A stretch of 63,798 nt of DNA, the filler included, from Nemertoderma westbladi (taxonomy: Eukaryota; Animalia; Xenacoelomorpha): the NCBI GenBank assembly GCA_032718475.1. It is 4 parts of 4 records of this genome, joined end to end, with 100 filler letters (N's around TTAATTAATTAA, not from the genome) between each part and the next. Parts side by side here need not be neighbours in the genome. Positions count along the whole stretch, not along the records: positions 33,533 to 60,346 come from JAUCBJ010003363.1; positions 60,447 to 63,798 come from JAUCBJ010000437.1; 2 more parts are not named here. One strand, written 5' to 3'. The stretch's first letter is position 1. Each line of letters starts with the position of its first letter. Position numbers and translations under genes: made by a program. This document shows, one piece after another, positions 59,296-63,798 of the stretch. The notes under the pieces are model-generated. The model saw only the letters and a list, made by a program, of their open reading frames with translations. It ran no database searches and was not told where the DNA came from.

Positions 59296-60151
59296 CACCA
59301 TGACCCGTAATATAGTGTCACATTCTGATGACACGGACTTCCCTCCCCCCTAAATTTACCTACCATCTTTATCATATTGCTTGAAATTTGAAAACCCACT
59401 AGTTCAACTCACCGTGGTTGTTACCATGAAGCCGGAATTTTCTATTTCGCCTTTAAATTTTATTTATAAGCGTTTTAAAAAAGTGTCTTTTGTGAAATCG
59501 CATCCTCCGAATATTGGCCATTATTCACATTAGTTATAATTTTATCATATCATTAGAAAGCTTGCTTTGCAAAGATTCGAAATATGTAATAATATCTGAA
59601 TTTCGTTAGAAACCAGCTAACATATATCCGTACAAAGTTTGCAAGAAGTATCGTTCGCAAAAGGCCATTTATTCTATTTTAATAAATACACAAAATTCTG
59701 GAACATTTTGTTTATGTATGAATAGCTACGCAATAGAGATATTGGACAGGCATACCGCTGTTGCCCACCTACTCATAAATAATACGTTCTAGAATTTAGA
59801 GTATTTATTAAATAGAGTAAATGGCCTAGCAGAGACCGATAATTCTTGCAATCTTTGAACGCCTAAATCTCAGCTGTTTTCTCATTCCTTCATTTCGAAT
59901 CCTTGCAACGCAAGCTTTCTATTGATGTGAAAAAATTACGACTAAAGTGAAGAATGGCAATGATACAGAGGGTGCGATTTCGCAAAAGACACTTTTTTAA
60001 AACGCTTATAAATAAAATTTAAAGGCGAAATCGAAAATTCCGGCTTAATGGTAACAACCACGGTGAGTTGAACTAGTTGTGTTTCAAATTTCAAACAATA
60101 TGATAAAGATCTGTAGAAAAATTTTTTGACACTATATTACGGGTGATGGTG
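59296..60151. mobile_element. Tc1/mariner-type MITE with long TIRs
   Basis: TA|CACCATGACCCGTAATATAGTGTCA...TGACACTATATTACGGGTGATGGTG|TA; inverted arms of about 300 bp; lies in the putative hnRNP intron. Confidence 0.85.
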
Positions 60152-60295
60152 TATTAGTATATGAGCAGTTTGTTAGAAATATTTCCAGGATTGTTGTGTA
60201 ACAAACGTAACTTAAGAGGTATTAGTGCTTAAAATTTGGATTCAAACAGGAACAGTTTAAAAAAAACGTCATTAATTATGTGTTGCACGACTCAC

Positions 60296-60346
60296 CATTC
60301 TGGGTGGACTGTGGCATTGCCCACTGTTGTTGACCCCACTGGGCTT
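60296..60346 (-). CDS. Penultimate exon (truncated) of the hnRNP-like gene
   Basis: AQWGQQQWAMPQSTQN then G|GTGAGT consensus donor, phase 1; cut by the spacer. Confidence 0.6.
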
Positions 60347-60446
60347 NNNNNNNNNNNNNNNNNNNNNNNNNNNNNNNNNNNNNNNNNNNNTTAATTAATT
60401 AANNNNNNNNNNNNNNNNNNNNNNNNNNNNNNNNNNNNNNNNNNNN
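60347..60446. other. Artificial contig spacer
   Basis: 44 N + TTAATTAATTAA + 44 N. Confidence 0.97.
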
Positions 60447-61249
60447 CTTTATAGTGTTTTGTGCTTTCTGCTTTTTAGCTCAACACTAGTAGGTTTAATT
60501 ACAAGGACATATATCCTTTAACTGACTTTAAACTCTGTAAATATCACTCGAATTTAACTCGCACCTGATGACTGACTGATTGTCTTAACTCAAAACAAAC
60601 TGGCACGATTGATCTGTGAATACTGCATACTGCTATTTGTTGTCGGTTATTCATTATATTTGTTGATGAATTATTATATTTGGAATAACGATCAATAACC
60701 CCGAAACCCAATATTCTTGATATACCGAAGGTAAGAGAGAAAGGTTATCAATAACGATTGTGACTTATGTTAAAGTGGTTTGAAGTGAATCTAATGTTAT
60801 TTGGTAGACCCTACATGAGTCAGTCTGTGTTCCTTTTATATGTGACTAAAATCAGTGAAGATTGGCAGATTAGTGTGCAGTATTGTGCAGCATTGTGTAC
60901 GAGTGAGTCTGTTAAAGAAGCATTTCCTAAAGAATGCGCCATATATGTTAATTATAATTAAGCCATATCGTTGTGAGTAGTTTAAGTCATAACTCTGTTT
61001 ATATAAATAAAGCGCCACGTCCTAAAGGAACTGTTAATACTCCCGAAGGTGAATAATATTGTCAGAGATTATATAATACTGTCAGTCGAATAATACATTA
61101 GGCTTACATAGCAATAAAATTAAACCGTCGAACCCAATCTCCCGGGAATATCCAGCGGGTGAATGGTCGCGCACGGATTGGTTTCGACTAGTGTAGTGAA
61201 TCAAATACTTGTCATAGGCTAAAAAGCGATTTAATATCTAGAAGACATC

Positions 61250-62338
61250 TTAATTTGGCGGGTTAAACTGCCAAAGGTCTGAAAGCGCGAACAGAACTGG
61301 TAGAACATTGGGGGGATCTACTCTAACACCAAGAAGGTTGCGGAAATGTGTCTCGAGTGTATCTGAGTCTATTGGTGCAATAGTCCGTTTGTGATCCTTG
61401 GTGATTAACCACGGTTTAACTTCGGAGTCGCTGACCAATTCTGCCAGTGTAGCTTCCTCGTAGGCAACTCGTTTCCGTTTGAGGAGCGACTTGTAGCTTT
61501 TGCGGATATTCCAAAACTGCGAGCAGTCCATTGCCGAGATATTACGACGAGACATACAGTGAATTAACTGTTTCTTTAGAGTCTTGCACTCCGATTCATA
61601 CCACGGTTTTCCATAGCGGGGTTTGCAAGTGGATGGTGTGGAGTCTGCAATTGATTGAGTCAGTAGGTCTGTAGCTGCATCTATTTCGTTGTTAGATAGA
61701 AGTAGCCTAACCATTGGAATATTGTGGTGCGATATAAATGCGTTACGATCGATCTGCCTCGACAGACGAGGAATGGGGTTCGGTAATTTTGAATCATGAA
61801 TATCGGCCTGGAAAACAAACTTAACGGTCACCGGCTGGTGTTTCCTTATGGGATTTGACAAGATTATTGTAGGCGGTAGCAACGTAGGAACAATTGCTGG
61901 GTAACTCACGAATATTAAATCGATTACACTTTCACCTTGCGGTGATATGTACGTCGGGATATCCGGGGAGCTGAGACAGCTAAACCCAATGTTGGTCAGA
62001 TCGTCAACTAAATCGGAACCGCGAGATCCGTGGTCTAGTCTGCAATTAAAATCTCCCGCTATAACAATAGGGGTTGTGTTTTTGGTATAAGACAGTGCTT
62101 CAGTTATTTCCATAAGTATTTCATCCAGTGGGGTTTCGGGGGTGAAATAGAAAACAATAAAGAAGGATACCAAGGTTTTGATAACCATGTATTTATTTGT
62201 TTGTTTCACACAGGAAGGGTTGAGGTGCGGCCTGCACAGAGTCATAAGGCCACCAATAGGGCGCCCTCTGTTTAACTTTGTCGCAGGGTGAGTAAAAGAG
62301 TAATACGAGTTAGAATAAAATGCTTTGTCCGTGTACAT
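61250..62338 (-). mobile_element. LINE ORF2 fragment: APE endonuclease plus linker
   Basis: GRPIGG, IVIAGDFNCR, PTYIS..GESVIDLIF, KPWYESECKTLK; no RT recognised downstream. Confidence 0.85.
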
Positions 62339-62599
62339 AGTTTCTTATTAGACACGGACAATTATTGGGACCCGGAAAATCGGACCAATTTATATAAATA
62401 TACTTTGTCTAGGTTCGATTTGTCTTGGTCCCAATTGATTTTATGACCTATCTATTAATTCCATGTTATATTACTATATTATATATTATGTGTTTATATT
62501 ATGTCGTTATATTTCAAGTTGCAAGAATGTCAACAATTTTACAAGGGGGTATAAGGGCCGTGGACCACCTCATAGAATCCCTCGCTGTTGTTGAGTGAG

Positions 62600-62973
62600 G
62601 GGTGGGGTCTACGGTCCCCATGATGGAGGCCGCATTGGCCGCATCCGACCAGGATGGCGACAGCCAGCCTCTGTAGGAGGAAGCAGTAGTGGGATCGGTG
62701 TACCTGGGTGGCCGAATGGAGTCTATCTCCTTCAGGAACTCGGATGTATCATGACCGGGGCGGCCCATGGTCTCGTAGGCTACCGCGTGGAAGAGATAGC
62801 CCCGGCCCGTGTAGTTCCTGGTATTTCCGGATTTTGTTGATTTCCGCTTCCTCTGCTGTGCGGCCTCCGGCGGATAGGAACTGGGCGAGGTTGCTGGGGG
62901 CGAGGGGGTCAGCCACCATCGCGTCCCACGTGAGCTACCGCCTGAGGCCCCACGGGACCAGGGTGACGCCATC
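62600..62973 (-). mobile_element. CRE-like non-LTR element, C-terminal restriction-like endonuclease fragment
   Basis: Across frameshifts DGVTLVPW...TWDAMVADPLAPS...AEINKIRKY..FHAVAYETMG...LQRLAVAI..NAASIMGT; GC-rich. Confidence 0.75.
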
Positions 62974-63798
62974 CATTATTATAATATTTCACCTTTTATT
63001 AAATTAAAATATTAAAATAAGGGAGAACATAATCAAGGTTTAGGGAAACACTAACTGATGACAATAACGCAGAAATTACCAATAATCGTACATATAGAAC
63101 ATGTACAGTAGTGCTAATTACTCAAAAAATGTAAACATCCATTTTAGTAAACAGCCGCAACCAAAACAATAAACTTAACTTAACACGTGTCACAAGATTC
63201 TACAGGTGAGTAAAGCAACGGTTTACTGAGGCGGGTGCAGAGAACCAAAACAATAAACAAAACTTAATTATGCAAATGAGTATAGTTACTGTACTTAATT
63301 CATTAAGATCACAAAGAAATCCCTCCCCCCAAGCAATTTTCCACTCCCTTCCCGAAAAAATACTGACAGGATAAGTCCGAAAATTTTTTGACATTTGGCC
63401 ACGCTAATGCCACCCCCTCAACCTCTCTCTCCTAGTGAAGTGCGGTGTTAAAATATCCTTAGAACAGGCCCTGCGATACTGTAAAAATAATAGTAATAAT
63501 AATAATATAGATACGTTTATTATGATACATATAAATAAATAAATAATTTATAACCTTTAAACATCAAATTATTATATTATAAGGAAGTAACGATTCAGAT
63601 ATGTAATACGGTAAGTAATGGGTCGTAAGTGTGAGTCACTGTAAACAAATGGCACCATTATGGAACAACAGAACTTCACGGAAATAATATTGTTACGTTG
63701 TTGTGGCAAACTTCGAGTGCATTTAATTGTTACCATGGTTACAGTGCAACTGAAAGCAAATTACAGTTACTATAATAATTCTGATTATTTAACGATAA

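Noticed and set aside
63050-63080. CTGATGA...GAAA hammerhead-like core
   Set aside because: The intervening bases cannot form stem II.

Overview
This window is eukaryotic DNA, most likely from an invertebrate animal, not prokaryotic. It consists of four contigs (1-23843, 23944-33432, 33533-60346, 60447-63798) joined by artificial 100-nt spacers (44 N, TTAATTAATTAA, 44 N), so adjacency across the spacers is not evidence of linkage. Contig 1 carries the first six exons of a spliceosomal cullin-4 gene. An intronless RanBP2/Nup358-like gene sits on the same strand inside its fifth intron, and several cullin splice sites are tandemly amplified, including 16 copies of one 3' acceptor of which only the last is productive. 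Contig 2 holds the 3' part of a Roc-COR gene with two CARD-like domains, a small secreted proline-rich precursor, local duplications and TE relics. Contig 3 holds an intronless PCNA gene, a 9.4-kb nested transposon stack just upstream of it that includes five tandem Helitron-like units rich in RFX X-box motifs, many MITE/LINE/SINE relics, and the last two exons of an hnRNP-like gene. Contig 4 holds two non-LTR retrotransposon fragments. Comparing sister repeat copies shows recurrent TA to TA-CWG-TA insertions, matching Tc1/mariner excision footprints. No CRISPR array, rRNA or intact tRNA was seen. Family assignments come from recalled motifs, not database searches.
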